From an uncultured Lentisphaerales bacterium (GTDB lineage: Bacteria; Verrucomicrobiota; Lentisphaeria; JABSQK01; UBA12247), in the NCBI GenBank assembly GCA_943788985.1, contig CALSSJ010000012.1:1-64000 (forward strand): a DNA stretch of 64,000 bases. The letters are read 5' to 3'. The number at the start of each line of letters is the position of its first letter. Position 1 is the first letter of the stretch. The notes below the pieces were generated by a model. The model did not search any database. It had not been told where the DNA came from and saw only the letters and a program-made list of their open reading frames with translations. The position numbers and the translations under genes are program-made. This document shows positions 12,183-22,632 of this stretch, one piece after another.

Positions 12183-13918
12183 TCATTGTTCAGTTGCTTC
12201 GATGATGGTGTCGCTGCGGTCATACGCGATGTTGAGCGCGTCGAGGATTTGGGCGTGCTTCTCAAGGCGGCGCTGGAATGATTCCCAGTTTTTCTTCTCG
12301 GCAGCTGTCCATCCGACTTCGGCAACCGAGATCAGGCGCGGAAAGACCTTCTTGTCGAGGCGATCCATGAGAATACTCTCCGTCCAGACCGGGGCCTCCA
12401 GTCCGATGATCCGATTCCGCTCTTCCTGCGTCAGGCCGGCAGGAACGGGCTCGAAGGTATAAATCGACCGCGCGGGCACCAGCCGACCTCCGATACCTTC
12501 TGTTATGCTTGTTCAATTCTTCTGCGTCGGCCTTGTTGGCGGGATAATCGAGGTAGATCTTCCGATTATAGGAGTTGATGACCTCTCTGCCGGCACGAAC
12601 CCCTTGCAACGCTTCTGACGGTTTGTTCCAAGCCTGAACGATTTGTCCCTCAGGAACGCCCCCTTGAATATGTTCTGCCCATCCGATCGAGCGGATGCCG
12701 CGTTTGCGAAGTCGTTCGCTGACCTCATTCAAAAACCAGTTCTGCAGGTGGTGCTCATCTTCGAGCTTCAGTTTGTCCCTTAGTGCGACACAATGGGTGC
12801 ATTTCTCCCAGTTGCCACGCGGGCGTTCGTCGCCCCCGACATGAAACAGCCCATCAGTGAAGATCGTTTGCAGTTCGTCAAACACCTCCATGATGAAGGG
12901 GATGGTGGTCTCGTGCTTGCCCGCGCAGATCGCCCTTCTGCCCGCGGCACTTGAAAAGGAACGCATTCCGGGCTCGCCCATTTTGAGCGGGGCGCCGTCA
13001 TTGCAGCCATATTCAGGGTAGGCCATCAACAGCGCGTTGACATGCCCGGGGATGTCGAACTCCGGAACGACCTTGATGTAGCGTTCGTGTGCATATGCCA
13101 CGATTTCCCGCATCTGCTCCTGCGTGTAGTAGCCATTGAGTTCTTCGTCTTTCGAACGGTCGCCGGGGTAGCCACCGATGCTGGTGAGTTTGGGATACTT
13201 CTTGATCTCGGCGCGCCATGCCTCGTCTTCGGTCAGGTGCCAGTGGAAGACGTTCATTTTGTAGAGCGCCATGAGGTCGATGTATTGCTTGATCTTGTCG
13301 ATCGTCTGTATGTGCCGACAGCTATCCAGCATGAACCCGCGCCATTTGAAGCGGGGCGCATCTTCGATCTCGACGAAGCCGATACGCAGATCAGAGAAGG
13401 CCTCGCGATGCGCCGCATCGTCCTGCTGAAAGATGGCGGCAGGCAGCATCTGTTTCAGCGACTGCAAGCCATAGAACACACCTTGCGCATCCGCACCGAT
13501 GATGCGAATGCCTTTCTGATCGACACTGAGTCGATAGGCGCCAGCCACCTTATTTTCAAACATATCGGGAGCCACGCGGAGCTTGACCCCGGATTCCCCG
13601 GCTTTTCCTTCTACCGCCTACGGCTACCTCCAGCCCTGCGCCTTTACGCAGGAACACCGCAAAGCGCTCAGCATTGGCTTTGAGCTGATCCTCCGATGAG
13701 GTTCCACCGGTGATGCTAATTCGTATCTGCTGCTGCAGTGGGTAAAAGCCCTCCTGGAGCTCCAGAGATTTGCACCTGGGAATGATGGATTCACGCTCTG
13801 ATTCCGGAGCCGTAGCCGCGTCGGCCGTCGTCTCCGGCAGATCCAGTTCCTTCGATAGTGAGGTGCTACAGGTAGCTATAAGAACTAGGGCGATCAATTG
13901 ATGTATTCGTTTTTTCAA
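12183..13918 (-). CDS. GH20 beta-N-acetylhexosaminidase; frameshifted
   Basis: DAPRFKWRGFMLDSCRH, NVFHWHLTEDEAWR, PEFDIPGH and catalytic HVGGDE. Pieces 13556-13918, 12262-13575 and 12183-12479. Confidence 0.9.
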
Positions 13919-13952
13919 GTTATTCTCCGTTGTTTTCGATATAATATTTTGT

Positions 13953-13996
13953 TGAGGCGCGGCTATTTGGCGGCGCCTGCATTCGGCTTATTCGCC
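13953..13996 (-). repeat. attC-like remnant overlapping a stop codon
   Basis: Minus strand GGCGAAT-AAGCC-GAATGCAGGCG-CCGCC-AAATAG-CCGCGCCTCA; the R' end is lost. Confidence 0.6.
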
Positions 13997-16122
13997 AACC
14001 TTCTCCGGTTTAAAGGGGATCAACACGTCACTTTTCCAGGGTTGGCGACCGCCTTTAAAGCATCTCTTATTAATGCCCCAGAATCTGCTCTCTTCAGGAT
14101 ATTTCTGCCATTGTTCCAATACGTCATTAAAAGCAGCCGTTGCTTCTTCATATTCTAGCTGCTTGGCGGCCGCTTTGTCTTTTTTAAGGTCTTGCCCGCG
14201 CCACCACATCTCGCGGTATTTAAAAAACAAATTTAAATAGAGCTGCGTTTTTTCAAGGCCTTCCTTGAGCACCTGATACTCTTCCTTAGATGGCACTTTG
14301 CTTGCATCGACTCGGGCAAATGCATCATCCATTTTTGCTATGTATTCACGAGCGACCTGATTCCGCTCCAGGATGTGACTTAAGGGCAATTTATTATACA
14401 TCTTCCCGATCCGGCCTTTATTGATATTTACAATGGTTGCCCATTTGAAATTCGTCGGGTGCTTAGAAAACTCATGTTTTCCACCCAGGTAAAGTTCACG
14501 GAACGCCGCCTGGCTGTTCATGAGCATTTCAGCAACAGCTGCTGCGTTTTCCTTTCCGAAATGTATGGCGCCCCAGTCGCGGGCAACTTGTTCCGCTGTT
14601 AAATTCACATCCCATGTGAGGCGCGCGACGAGGTAGGCATTCATCTGCCCGGGGGTAAAGCCACGGCTATACATCCTGAAGTTGTTCCAGGGGCCGGCCA
14701 TATCGATGAAAAACGCCTCTCATGCGGCTTTAACTGACCGTTGGGCAAATAGCCGGGGTGAGCGTCGCCCCAGATACACCCCGGTGCCCAAGCACCCCAG
14801 GCCTGAATGCCGATGACTCCATGCTCTTTAGCGATCCGGGTCTCTTCGGCAAAGCGCTGCTGGTAACAGAGTAAACGCGACCACCCGTAGTACTGCGGGA
14901 AAACATCAAAGGTCATGGTCAGCGGACGCTTTTTGCCCAGGCCGTTCTCGATGGCATCGGTAAGCGGAAAATTGAGCCAAAAATCGTCGCCGGTATGCTT
15001 GATTTCAAACTGGGCGTCCTCGGGGGTATTGGCAATCACCTGATCCGAATCTTTCGCGCCATACGCAATCATCCAGGACCGGAAAATGACCTTCTTGCCA
15101 ACTTGTTTCCCGGCATTGTGGTACATCGTCATCATTTGTCCGGCGCCAGCTTTGCCGTACTTTGCCCAAGGCTTCACCGATTTGTATCCCGAGCGTGGCA
15201 GCGACTCGGTGGCGGTAATCACGAGCCCGTCGAGAGGGACCACTTCAAACAGCTCTTTGACTTTGGATTCGATGATGGTTTTCATATCCGGATTCTTAAG
15301 ATCCAGTTGGTATAATTCACCCAATTTCGGCGGGTATTGAAACTCATACACCTGCATGAATACATCGATGTGGCGATCGTGGGCGTAATCGATGATATCT
15401 TTCAGATGTTTGGCAAACTGCTTTGCCTTGAGATGGTGGACGTCGTCCTTGCCATAGACTTCCTTATCCAGGTACTTGTAGGTGATGTAGTCCTCAAAAT
15501 TCACATGCAGGATGGTGAAGGTGTTGAATCCCAGCTTCGCGACCTGGTCGATCAGTTTTTTGAGCTCGGCCTTTTCCTTTTCGAACCGTTCATGATTGAC
15601 CCACGGCTCTTCAAACAGGTGGTAGCCGACCGACGGCAAGTCAAACAACTGCCCCAGCTCGGTATACATCCGCATGGAAAATTCGGGAGCCATTTCCATG
15701 CTGATCTCCCAAAGGTTTTTGCCCAGCTGAAGCTGCTCGGCTAATTTGAAAAGACCGTACATTCCGCCTCGTCGATCCCCTTCAATTTTAAGGACGTTTG
15801 CGGCATTCTCTTTTGCCTGGGAAATCCGGTAGGCCTCCTCCTTCAAGGGGGAGGAATCTATCGTTTTTTCCTTCCTGAAATTACCCACCATAATCCTGTT
15901 TCCATCGGGCAAGGGTTCGCCTGCTTTCAGGTAATGGATGGTCGGCTGATAGCGTTTCGTTTCCAATACGGATTCTAATTCTTTCAGGGCAAGATCATAT
16001 CCGGCATCCGCCTCCAGTTGCACCGGGAGCAGGATGGATACCTTGTTTTCAGCCTGCACAAGGCTGGTCAGTGACAGCGTGGCGATCACGCATAATATTT
16101 TGACGAAGTGTGGTCTATTCAT
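13988..16122 (-). CDS. Secreted putative glycoside hydrolase of unassigned family; one frameshift near 14715; paralog of 1452-3663
   Basis: Signal peptide; EAYRIS..LKIEGDRRGGMYGLFKLAEQL (GH20b/GH67-N-like domain), then PEFSMRMY, VAKLGFNTF and PLDGLVITATES. Confidence 0.7.
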
Positions 16123-16347
16123 GTTTATTTTTCCTTTAAGTACAATTTATTGATGAGCGCCTATTTGCTGCCGTTTACGGCATCGCTGTGCTGTCCTAAC
16201 TCTATTTTTCTGTAATCTCATTTTCTTATCATCTTTTATTCTTTACCGTTGTTGTTTACCTTTTGAGGATATTCCTCATTCCTTTTGGGTACACGCGCCA
16301 AATCATCAAAGAAACCAACTCTCTGCCATTTTGTGCTCTTTTTTATC

Positions 16348-16393
16348 AGCCAACGGCGTACTCGCGTCCCGCTTAGCGGGGTGTACTGATTCC
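16348..16393 (-). repeat. attC-like right half
   Basis: Minus strand ..CCCCGCTAAGCGGGACGCGAGTACGCC-GTTGGCT. Shares the TAAGCGGGACG loop with 10450-10509 and the GCGAGTA..GTT end with 19976-20024. Confidence 0.45.
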
Positions 16394-16415
16394 GACTTTT
16401 TCAGTGCCGACTACT

Positions 16416-18338
16416 CTATTTCTTTGGGTTGTTCTTCTCATCGAAGAAACCTGTGATTGATTCAAAAGATTTCTTACCGTCTTTTTTGACGATGGTCACG
16501 TGCCCGATGGGGGTGAATCCTTGCTTCTTGCGCTCATCGGTGATGGTGATCGTATCCCAGGGACCCAGTTTCTTTTTCTGCTGCTGGAGGCGACCCTTTC
16601 CGTTGATGAGATCGATCTCCTTGAGGGTGACTTCGAGGCGGTCCTTTTTCACCGTTACGAGCATGTAGTTCGGTTTGTCGGTGCGGCCGAGCAAGCCGCC
16701 GTGGGAGACTTGTTGAATGCCGTCCTGTTGCTTACAGGTGACTGCGTGGACTTCGCCGCAGAGGTAGAGGTCGACCTCATACTTCACCATCGTTTTCCAG
16801 AAGGCGGATTCGGGCCCCTGCACCGTGAGCATACCGGAGGAGCTGAACGTTCGCACAGGGCGGAGGACGGGTGTGTGACCCATCACGATGATGTGATCAA
16901 CTTGGTCGCGATGATTTTTGAGGACTCCTTCAAACCACTTGAGCTGAGCGCCGGTCACTCCGGCGGCGATTTCGCCTTGATCGCTTTTGCCGCTTTCAAA
17001 AACATCGACGGAGACGAAGAGGGCATTTTTGTGGGTCCAATAAAAGGCGGTGCCTTTCATGTGGTCGGGGCCATTGAGGGGCATCTTGAGATGACGGCGG
17101 AAGGCATCCTTGTAATGTGGGACGAGCTTGGCCTTGTTGCCACGCCAAGGATTGTCGCCGATCTCGTGATCACCGAGGGCTGTGTAAACCTTGAGCTTAT
17201 GATCAGCCCATCGCTTGGTCCACTGCGGGTAGTAAAGGTCGGCCCATTTGTTGACATCCTTCTTTGTCGGTCCCCAATGCCCCATGACCAGATCACCCGC
17301 GACCATCGCGAAGGCGGGGTTCTCCTTTTTCATGGAATCCAGGATGAATCCTAAGGCGTCTTCCCAGCCCTCCTGCGGGTACTCAATATCAAAGTTCAGA
17401 AAGTCGGGGATACTGCAGAATGACCACGACTCTGAAGACTCTGTGTCAGCTTGTTGATTAGCTAGCGTGAACGTCGCCACCACAGAGCGGTGATCAGAGG
17501 GGTAAGGCGAAACGACAATGTCGCCGTTCTCTTTGTTTCCACCGATGACCTTCGCGTGTTTAAAAATAAATTCCAGCAAATCCTGGTCCCTGAAAAATTC
17601 CGAAACTTCAGCGTGCCCTTTTCCAGGAACCATTTTAACCTCGATCTCCCCGCCGGCCTTTTCGTACGCCGTTTTGATCAACGCACTGTTATCGCGGTAT
17701 GGAACCACGCGGTCGGAATCGCCGTGAATGATAAACATCGGCACGCCCGCTTCCGCTAAGCCGTCCAAATTCCCGACCGGATTCAATTGGTCTAGATTCG
17801 CGAGGATCTCCTCTTTCGACATGCCATAATCCGCCAACACCGAATGCTTTGAACGTTGAAGCGGCCAGTTGGCGATATTGCACACCGGATAAATCCCAGC
17901 AAACGCCCCGACCTTATCGGGATTGCGAAACGCCCAGCACAGCATCATCAGTCCGCCCCGGCTCTGGCCCAGCAAGACCGGCATGGCCGAGTATCCCTTT
18001 GCAACCATCGCGTCGTAAAAAACGGTAAACTGTGCTGAGCTTTCTGGCGCGCCGCGCACTTCGCCCAAATCATAGCCGGCAACCGCGATTCCATGTTTCA
18101 GGTACTGCTCGAAATAAAACTGCTGCGAATGGTGCGGATAACTTTTCAGGGTAGGCGCATACCAGACCCACGGTTTTCCCGCCGCCGGCTTTTCCGGCTT
18201 CATCACAAACGCATTTCGCCCGTTCACCTGAAAAACTTCCGCCGGCAGCGGCAACTTCGAAATCGCGAACGCATTTACCGAAATCAACCCAAGCACGGCT
18301 ATGTAAATAATCCTGAATTTCATACTCTTTCGGTTCAT
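16416..18338 (-). CDS. Alpha/beta-hydrolase + orphan EEP C-terminal tail + calcineurin-like metallophosphoesterase fusion
   Basis: GKPWVWYAP..GQSRGG..HGDSD..GKGH (esterase triad); DIVVSPYPSDHRSVVATFTL (EEP tail); IPDFL..VAGDLV..LGDHE..MGHTP..CGEVH (metallophosphoesterase). Confidence 0.8.
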   Translation of the reverse strand: MNRKSMKFRIIYIAVLGLISVNAFAISKLPLPAEVFQVNGRNAFVMKPEKPAAGKPWVWYAPTLKSYPHHSQQFYFEQYLKHGIAVAGYDLGEVRGAPESSAQFTVFYDAMVAKGYSAMPVLLGQSRGGLMMLCWAFRNPDKVGAFAGIYPVCNIANWPLQRSKHSVLADYGMSKEEILANLDQLNPVGNLDGLAEAGVPMFIIHGDSDRVVPYRDNSALIKTAYEKAGGEIEVKMVPGKGHAEVSEFFRDQDLLEFIFKHAKVIGGNKENGDIVVSPYPSDHRSVVATFTLANQQADTESSESWSFCSIPDFLNFDIEYPQEGWEDALGFILDSMKKENPAFAMVAGDLVMGHWGPTKKDVNKWADLYYPQWTKRWADHKLKVYTALGDHEIGDNPWRGNKAKLVPHYKDAFRRHLKMPLNGPDHMKGTAFYWTHKNALFVSVDVFESGKSDQGEIAAGVTGAQLKWFEGVLKNHRDQVDHIIVMGHTPVLRPVRTFSSSGMLTVQGPESAFWKTMVKYEVDLYLCGEVHAVTCKQQDGIQQVSHGGLLGRTDKPNYMLVTVKKDRLEVTLKEIDLINGKGRLQQQKKKLGPWDTITITDERKKQGFTPIGHVTIVKKDGKKSFESITGFFDEKNNPKK

Positions 18339-19945
18339 TCGCTTTTTTCCGCCTTTTTCAGAACATCGTTCGGATGTTCGGCATTGATTGTCTTTCCAAC
18401 GAGTTTAAACACGGTAGCGTACTTTGTCGGACGATCTGCAGGCACCGTCAATGTCAGCGCGTCCGCCTCTTGGCTGAAGGTGATTGTCTGCGTACTGCCG
18501 ATCATCCGAACGGATTTGATTTCACCTGGCTGGTAAGGCGATGTAAGTCCTAGTGCGGGAAGCTTTATCGGGCCGGCCTTTGGATTAAGGACAAAAACAT
18601 ACCGTGTGGAACCCTTTGTGGTAAACCTTACTTCGTCGGAAGCATAAGGCGGACTATTCATCGTTCTCTGTCCGATCTTGCTCCGGTTTCTTTTGACACC
18701 TTTCTCAGAATGCAGGTTGTCTCCATGGATTATCCAATGCCTACTGGCATAGATTGCCTCAGCATGAAGGTTTACCCACGCCCCGACATCATCGAATACG
18801 CGCTTTGTCACGGGGGGAATGGTTCCGTCCGGTAAAAGGTCTATATTTACCAGCAGGTTTCCGTTCTTGCTGATAACATCGGACAGCATTTCAATAATTG
18901 TTCTGGCATTGTGTATGTGGCGGTCCTCTTTGTAGAACCAGTCTTCTCCTATTGATATAATACTCTGCCAGGTTCGCGGAAGGATTCTGGGTGCCACACC
19001 GGTCTCGATATCTGTTATGGTTGCCGGCTCGTTCTCGATTTTGCCTACAGCTACGGCGTTGATCTTTCCATGCTTCAAAAGGCTCTGGTTATAGAATGTC
19101 GTGCATACGTCCTTGCCATAGTCGCCATAAGGAAAGCCGTGGCCGTCAAACCAGAGCATGTCGGGATCATATTTCTGAACCAGTTCCGTTTGGCGGAGTT
19201 TCCAGTTCTCTTTAACGGATCTTATCCATTCGGGGTTTCTTTTTTTCGGGGGCAAGCCGTACAGTTCCGCTGGATCCAAGCCTTCCCACCATTTCCCTTT
19301 TCCATCTGCTTTGGTCATGTGCCCGTCATAGGGAATACCTTTCTTGGGCCCAGACCTGTCCGCACCGAAAGCGGAAAGCCACCATTTAAGGAACCGCTCA
19401 TCGTGAGAACTTACGCCGAACGGCATGTCGTATTTTCGGGCCGATGCCGCAAACTCACCGATGATGTCTCGCTTCGGACCCACATTGACAGAGTTCCAAG
19501 AGTGGTATGTCGAGTCAAAGTTGTCAAAATGGTCATGATGGTTTGCCAGAGCAACAAAATATTTCGCACCGCACTGCTTGAAATATTTCAGCAGCGCGTC
19601 CGTATCAAGTTTCTCCGCCTTCCATTCATGTAGGACGTCCTTGAAGCCCTGTTCTGAGGGATGTCCATAGGTTTTTCTGTGGTATTCATATGCTTCCTTT
19701 CCAAAGTGCTCGTGTCGAGGCATGCCTCTATCTTTCGAATAATACATGTGCCTCGCATACCAGCCTCCCCCTCTGGCGGGCTTGCTCTGTGCTCCCCAAT
19801 GTGCCCAGATGCCGAATTTGGCATCCCGATACCAGGCTGGGCATTCGAATTGCTCGGTTAACTCACTCCAGCTCATCGGCTTTTGTTCCTCTGCATTGAC
19901 GCAGGAAGCAAGAATGGTAACGGTGATGAATACTCTCATGAACAT
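18335..19945 (-). CDS. GH29 alpha-L-fucosidase
   Basis: PAWYRDAKFGIWAHWG, ANHHDHF, MLWFDG, DVISKNGNLLVNI, DEVRFTTKG. Confidence 0.92.
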   Translation of the reverse strand: MFMRVFITVTILASCVNAEEQKPMSWSELTEQFECPAWYRDAKFGIWAHWGAQSKPARGGGWYARHMYYSKDRGMPRHEHFGKEAYEYHRKTYGHPSEQGFKDVLHEWKAEKLDTDALLKYFKQCGAKYFVALANHHDHFDNFDSTYHSWNSVNVGPKRDIIGEFAASARKYDMPFGVSSHDERFLKWWLSAFGADRSGPKKGIPYDGHMTKADGKGKWWEGLDPAELYGLPPKKRNPEWIRSVKENWKLRQTELVQKYDPDMLWFDGHGFPYGDYGKDVCTTFYNQSLLKHGKINAVAVGKIENEPATITDIETGVAPRILPRTWQSIISIGEDWFYKEDRHIHNARTIIEMLSDVISKNGNLLVNIDLLPDGTIPPVTKRVFDDVGAWVNLHAEAIYASRHWIIHGDNLHSEKGVKRNRSKIGQRTMNSPPYASDEVRFTTKGSTRYVFVLNPKAGPIKLPALGLTSPYQPGEIKSVRMIGSTQTITFSQEADALTLTVPADRPTKYATVFKLVGKTINAEHPNDVLKKAEKSE

Positions 19946-19975
19946 AGTGGGTATCCACCTTTTGTTATTCTCTTT

Positions 19976-20024
19976 GCCGAACGCCTACTCGCACCAACTT
20001 GTTCGGTGGCGGGAATTGTTGGCA
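19976..20024 (-). repeat. Compact attC-like site (49 bp)
   Basis: Minus strand TGCCAAC-AATTC-CCGCCACC-GAACAAGTT-GGTGCGA-GTAGGC-GTTCGGC. AAC/GTT boxes, 8-nt versus 7-nt L boxes with an extra C, and a second unpaired base. Confidence 0.65.
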
Positions 20025-20031
20025 GTCTTTC

Positions 20032-20228
20032 AACCACTGATGGACACTGATGAACACTGATATTCATTGGATAATTCGTTTTCATTCGAGATTAGGGTGT
20101 CTGAAATTCAGGATGTATCCCAACCGGCATCCGGTCACGTTCATACTTGGCGCAACCTCAATACACTGGAACTCCATCTTATAGACTCGCTCGGATTCAT
20201 CAGTGTCTATCAGTGTGCATCAGTGGTT
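20032..20228 (-). mobile_element. Miniature inverted-repeat element carrying an internally deleted GxxExxY gene (copy 1)
   Basis: Arms AACCACTGATGGACACTGATGAACACTGAT / ATCAGTGTCTATCAGTGTGCATCAGTGGTT. The interior translates on the minus strand to ..VTGCRLGYILNFRHPNLE*KRII. Confidence 0.7.
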
Positions 20229-20248
20229 AAGTCTTCTTTCTCCTCCGT

Positions 20249-20303
20249 TGCCAACATCGAGCTAAGGCGCGGATTCACTCACCGCCTTGAGCTTCTGTTT
20301 GGT
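20249..20303 (-). repeat. attC-like site (55 bp) just downstream of a stop codon
   Basis: Minus strand ACCAAAC-AGA-AGCT(C)AAGGCGG-TGAGTGAAT-CCGCGCCTTAGCT-CGAT-GTTGGCA. Confidence 0.65.
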
Positions 20304-20311
20304 CTTACGTC

Positions 20312-22555
20312 CTACTGGGTTTCCATTATGATGACGTCTTTCTTGCGGGACTCGGGAGTAACGGTCATGTCAATAAGCGTTCCATTCCGCACAGTGCCTT
20401 CGATTACGGTGCGCTGCGGTGCATGCAGCTTGAAATCAAGATTCCAGTTCTTTGGCCAGGCCGGCAATAAGCGGATCTTGCCGTCGTCTGCCTGAAGGAT
20501 CATGGTCTGCAATCCCATCAGAAGATTTCCGCCATGGCACTGATCGGGCGTCCAGTCAAAGTTCGGGCCCCAGAAGGCTGGGAATCGGCTCTCTTTGTGT
20601 TTGTTCTTCGCTCGTATGGAAATGTCTTGGGCGGCGGCGTCGGCTAGACCGAGAAAGGCCGCCTGCGTATCGTCTTGCCGCCATCCGTTGTTCCCTTTGA
20701 TTCGCCTGTTTTTGTAGGTGTTGCGGGCCATCTCCAGATCACGCTTGCCAACCCCGTAGATCCTGAATGGGAAGATTGAGTAAAGATTGGGATTCTCACT
20801 ATTGCCGGGTCTTGAGATGTCGCTCTGGGCATGCATGATTTCCGCTTGTCCGGATATCTTGGTCGTCGGTATTGCGGGGATCACCTTGCGAAACGTCATC
20901 CATCGAGTTCGACGGTCCATGCCGATCTCTTTATCGGTCAGTGCCAGCAAGCGATCCAACCCCCACATCAAACCTGCCAGGTCGGGCGTGGGATTCGTGC
21001 AATTACGGTACGTCTCGCAGGCATACGAGGGATACATATTCAGCTGGCCATTCTCGTCGCGACTCCAGTGCTCATCCCACCAGAGCAGAAACTCGTCGGC
21101 AATCGGCAAGAGTTCATTCTTCAGGAACTCCTTGTCACCGGTATGATCATAGTAATCAATCATCATCGCGAGCAATTCAAGTGTTCCGGTGTAATGAAAA
21201 CGAATGTATGAGTTGCGGACAGGGGCGCCCGGCTTGCCGGACATTTTTCCTGTACCGCCGTAATCGCCATTCGTGTAGGTGCCCCATGGTGTCATCGTTT
21301 CCGGGAAGAACGCACCCTTATGGCCGAAATAGATCTGTGTACGGATCTTGGCGAGGGGAAGCGCATCGAGGTACATCCTGAACATAGGGCGCATCATTTC
21401 GTAATCCCCGGAAGCCAACATCGGCCAGTAGGGCAACCGCGTGTTCTGGAACCAGTAGCATCCGCCCCATTGACGGTAGTCCGGGTCGTGCTGCGTGTTG
21501 ACGGTAAAGATTGAACCGTTGAACTTAATTGGGAAATTTCCGCGTCCTCCGCAGGCGGATATCCAGCGTTGTAAGAAATACCCCCGAGTAATCGCTTCGG
21601 CATCGGCGTTGCCGGTGGCGTAGACCCAACTCCGATCCCAGAACTCATTCCACCACGTGCGATGGGCCTTGAGCGCCTTATCGGCCCCTGCCGCCTCAGC
21701 CGCTGCGATGTTTGATTCGATCGCATTCAGCCATTTCTCCTCGGTACTGGGCGCCTGGGTATGGGTATGGATAGACAATCGGAAGCTTTTTCGAGGCTTG
21801 CTGCTCTTTAGAGTCTTGTCGCCCGCGTTCATCAGTCCCTTGCCTTGAATCACGCCGCCGAACGTGCGATGTAGCAGCGGGTCCACTCCGGTGTTCATGG
21901 CCGGTTGCAGGTGCTGTAATTCGAGCGTCTCTTTCCACGGTGAAATTCGATTGCGATGATACCATGCTATCCGGTTCTTCTGCCCCTCAATCACCGTGTC
22001 CGGGTAAACCGTTTTGGGGCCTATCGTGACACTGTCGCTTCTGCCCTCGAGTTTGCCGAGCATTCGCTCTTTCTCCCGCCAGAGTTCCAACTCAACTTCA
22101 ACGTCGAAGGCGTTCTTGCTGTCGGCATCGACGTGGATAACCTGCCGGTTGGCATCGACCCAGACACGCGCCGTGATGGTCTTATCTCCGGCACCACGGG
22201 TTATCTCAATCTCGCCTTGGCGTAGCTTGAGCTCCTGCTTGAACTCCGCCCCGGCGAGGCCGGGCGCGAACTTGATCCGCACACGACCGAGCTTGCAAAG
22301 ACGAAGATGTTCATCCCAACTGTCGGTTCGACTCATGAGGAATACCAGGTCACCATTGGGTTCCACCCACAGGTTAAGTCCGGTTTCTCCGTTGCCGATC
22401 GGCATAGAGCCGTTGTAATCCTCGCTGGGCGTCGTCCAGGTAACGTTGTGTGTTTCCAGAGGATCTGCGTCGACTGGCTCTGCCCCATATGCGCCGCATG
22501 CGATCAACAGCAGGCAGATTGAGGCGGTCATGATTGGGTGTCTCGTCTTGCTCAT
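20312..22555 (-). CDS. GH95-like / DUF5703-type six-hairpin glycosidase
   Basis: HNVTWTTPS..SMPIGNGETGLNLWVE, PIKFNGSIFT, DYRQWGGCYWFQNTRLPYW, FPAFWGPNFDWTPDQCHGG, LLPAWP. Probable start MSKTRH at 22555 after GGAG. Confidence 0.75.
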   Translation of the reverse strand: MSKTRHPIMTASICLLLIACGAYGAEPVDADPLETHNVTWTTPSEDYNGSMPIGNGETGLNLWVEPNGDLVFLMSRTDSWDEHLRLCKLGRVRIKFAPGLAGAEFKQELKLRQGEIEITRGAGDKTITARVWVDANRQVIHVDADSKNAFDVEVELELWREKERMLGKLEGRSDSVTIGPKTVYPDTVIEGQKNRIAWYHRNRISPWKETLELQHLQPAMNTGVDPLLHRTFGGVIQGKGLMNAGDKTLKSSKPRKSFRLSIHTHTQAPSTEEKWLNAIESNIAAAEAAGADKALKAHRTWWNEFWDRSWVYATGNADAEAITRGYFLQRWISACGGRGNFPIKFNGSIFTVNTQHDPDYRQWGGCYWFQNTRLPYWPMLASGDYEMMRPMFRMYLDALPLAKIRTQIYFGHKGAFFPETMTPWGTYTNGDYGGTGKMSGKPGAPVRNSYIRFHYTGTLELLAMMIDYYDHTGDKEFLKNELLPIADEFLLWWDEHWSRDENGQLNMYPSYACETYRNCTNPTPDLAGLMWGLDRLLALTDKEIGMDRRTRWMTFRKVIPAIPTTKISGQAEIMHAQSDISRPGNSENPNLYSIFPFRIYGVGKRDLEMARNTYKNRRIKGNNGWRQDDTQAAFLGLADAAAQDISIRAKNKHKESRFPAFWGPNFDWTPDQCHGGNLLMGLQTMILQADDGKIRLLPAWPKNWNLDFKLHAPQRTVIEGTVRNGTLIDMTVTPESRKKDVIIMETQ

Positions 22556-22632
22556 TGCCTTGTTCTCCATCAGTCCATTGCTTCGTATTGTCAGCATGTC
22601 GTCAGCTTCTTCCATCTGTCCGCTGGCGGCCT

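Noticed and set aside
20032..20228. Tandem ACACTGAT units as a CRISPR array
   Set aside because: Only 2-3 short units arranged as inverted arms, with no unique spacers and no cas genes.
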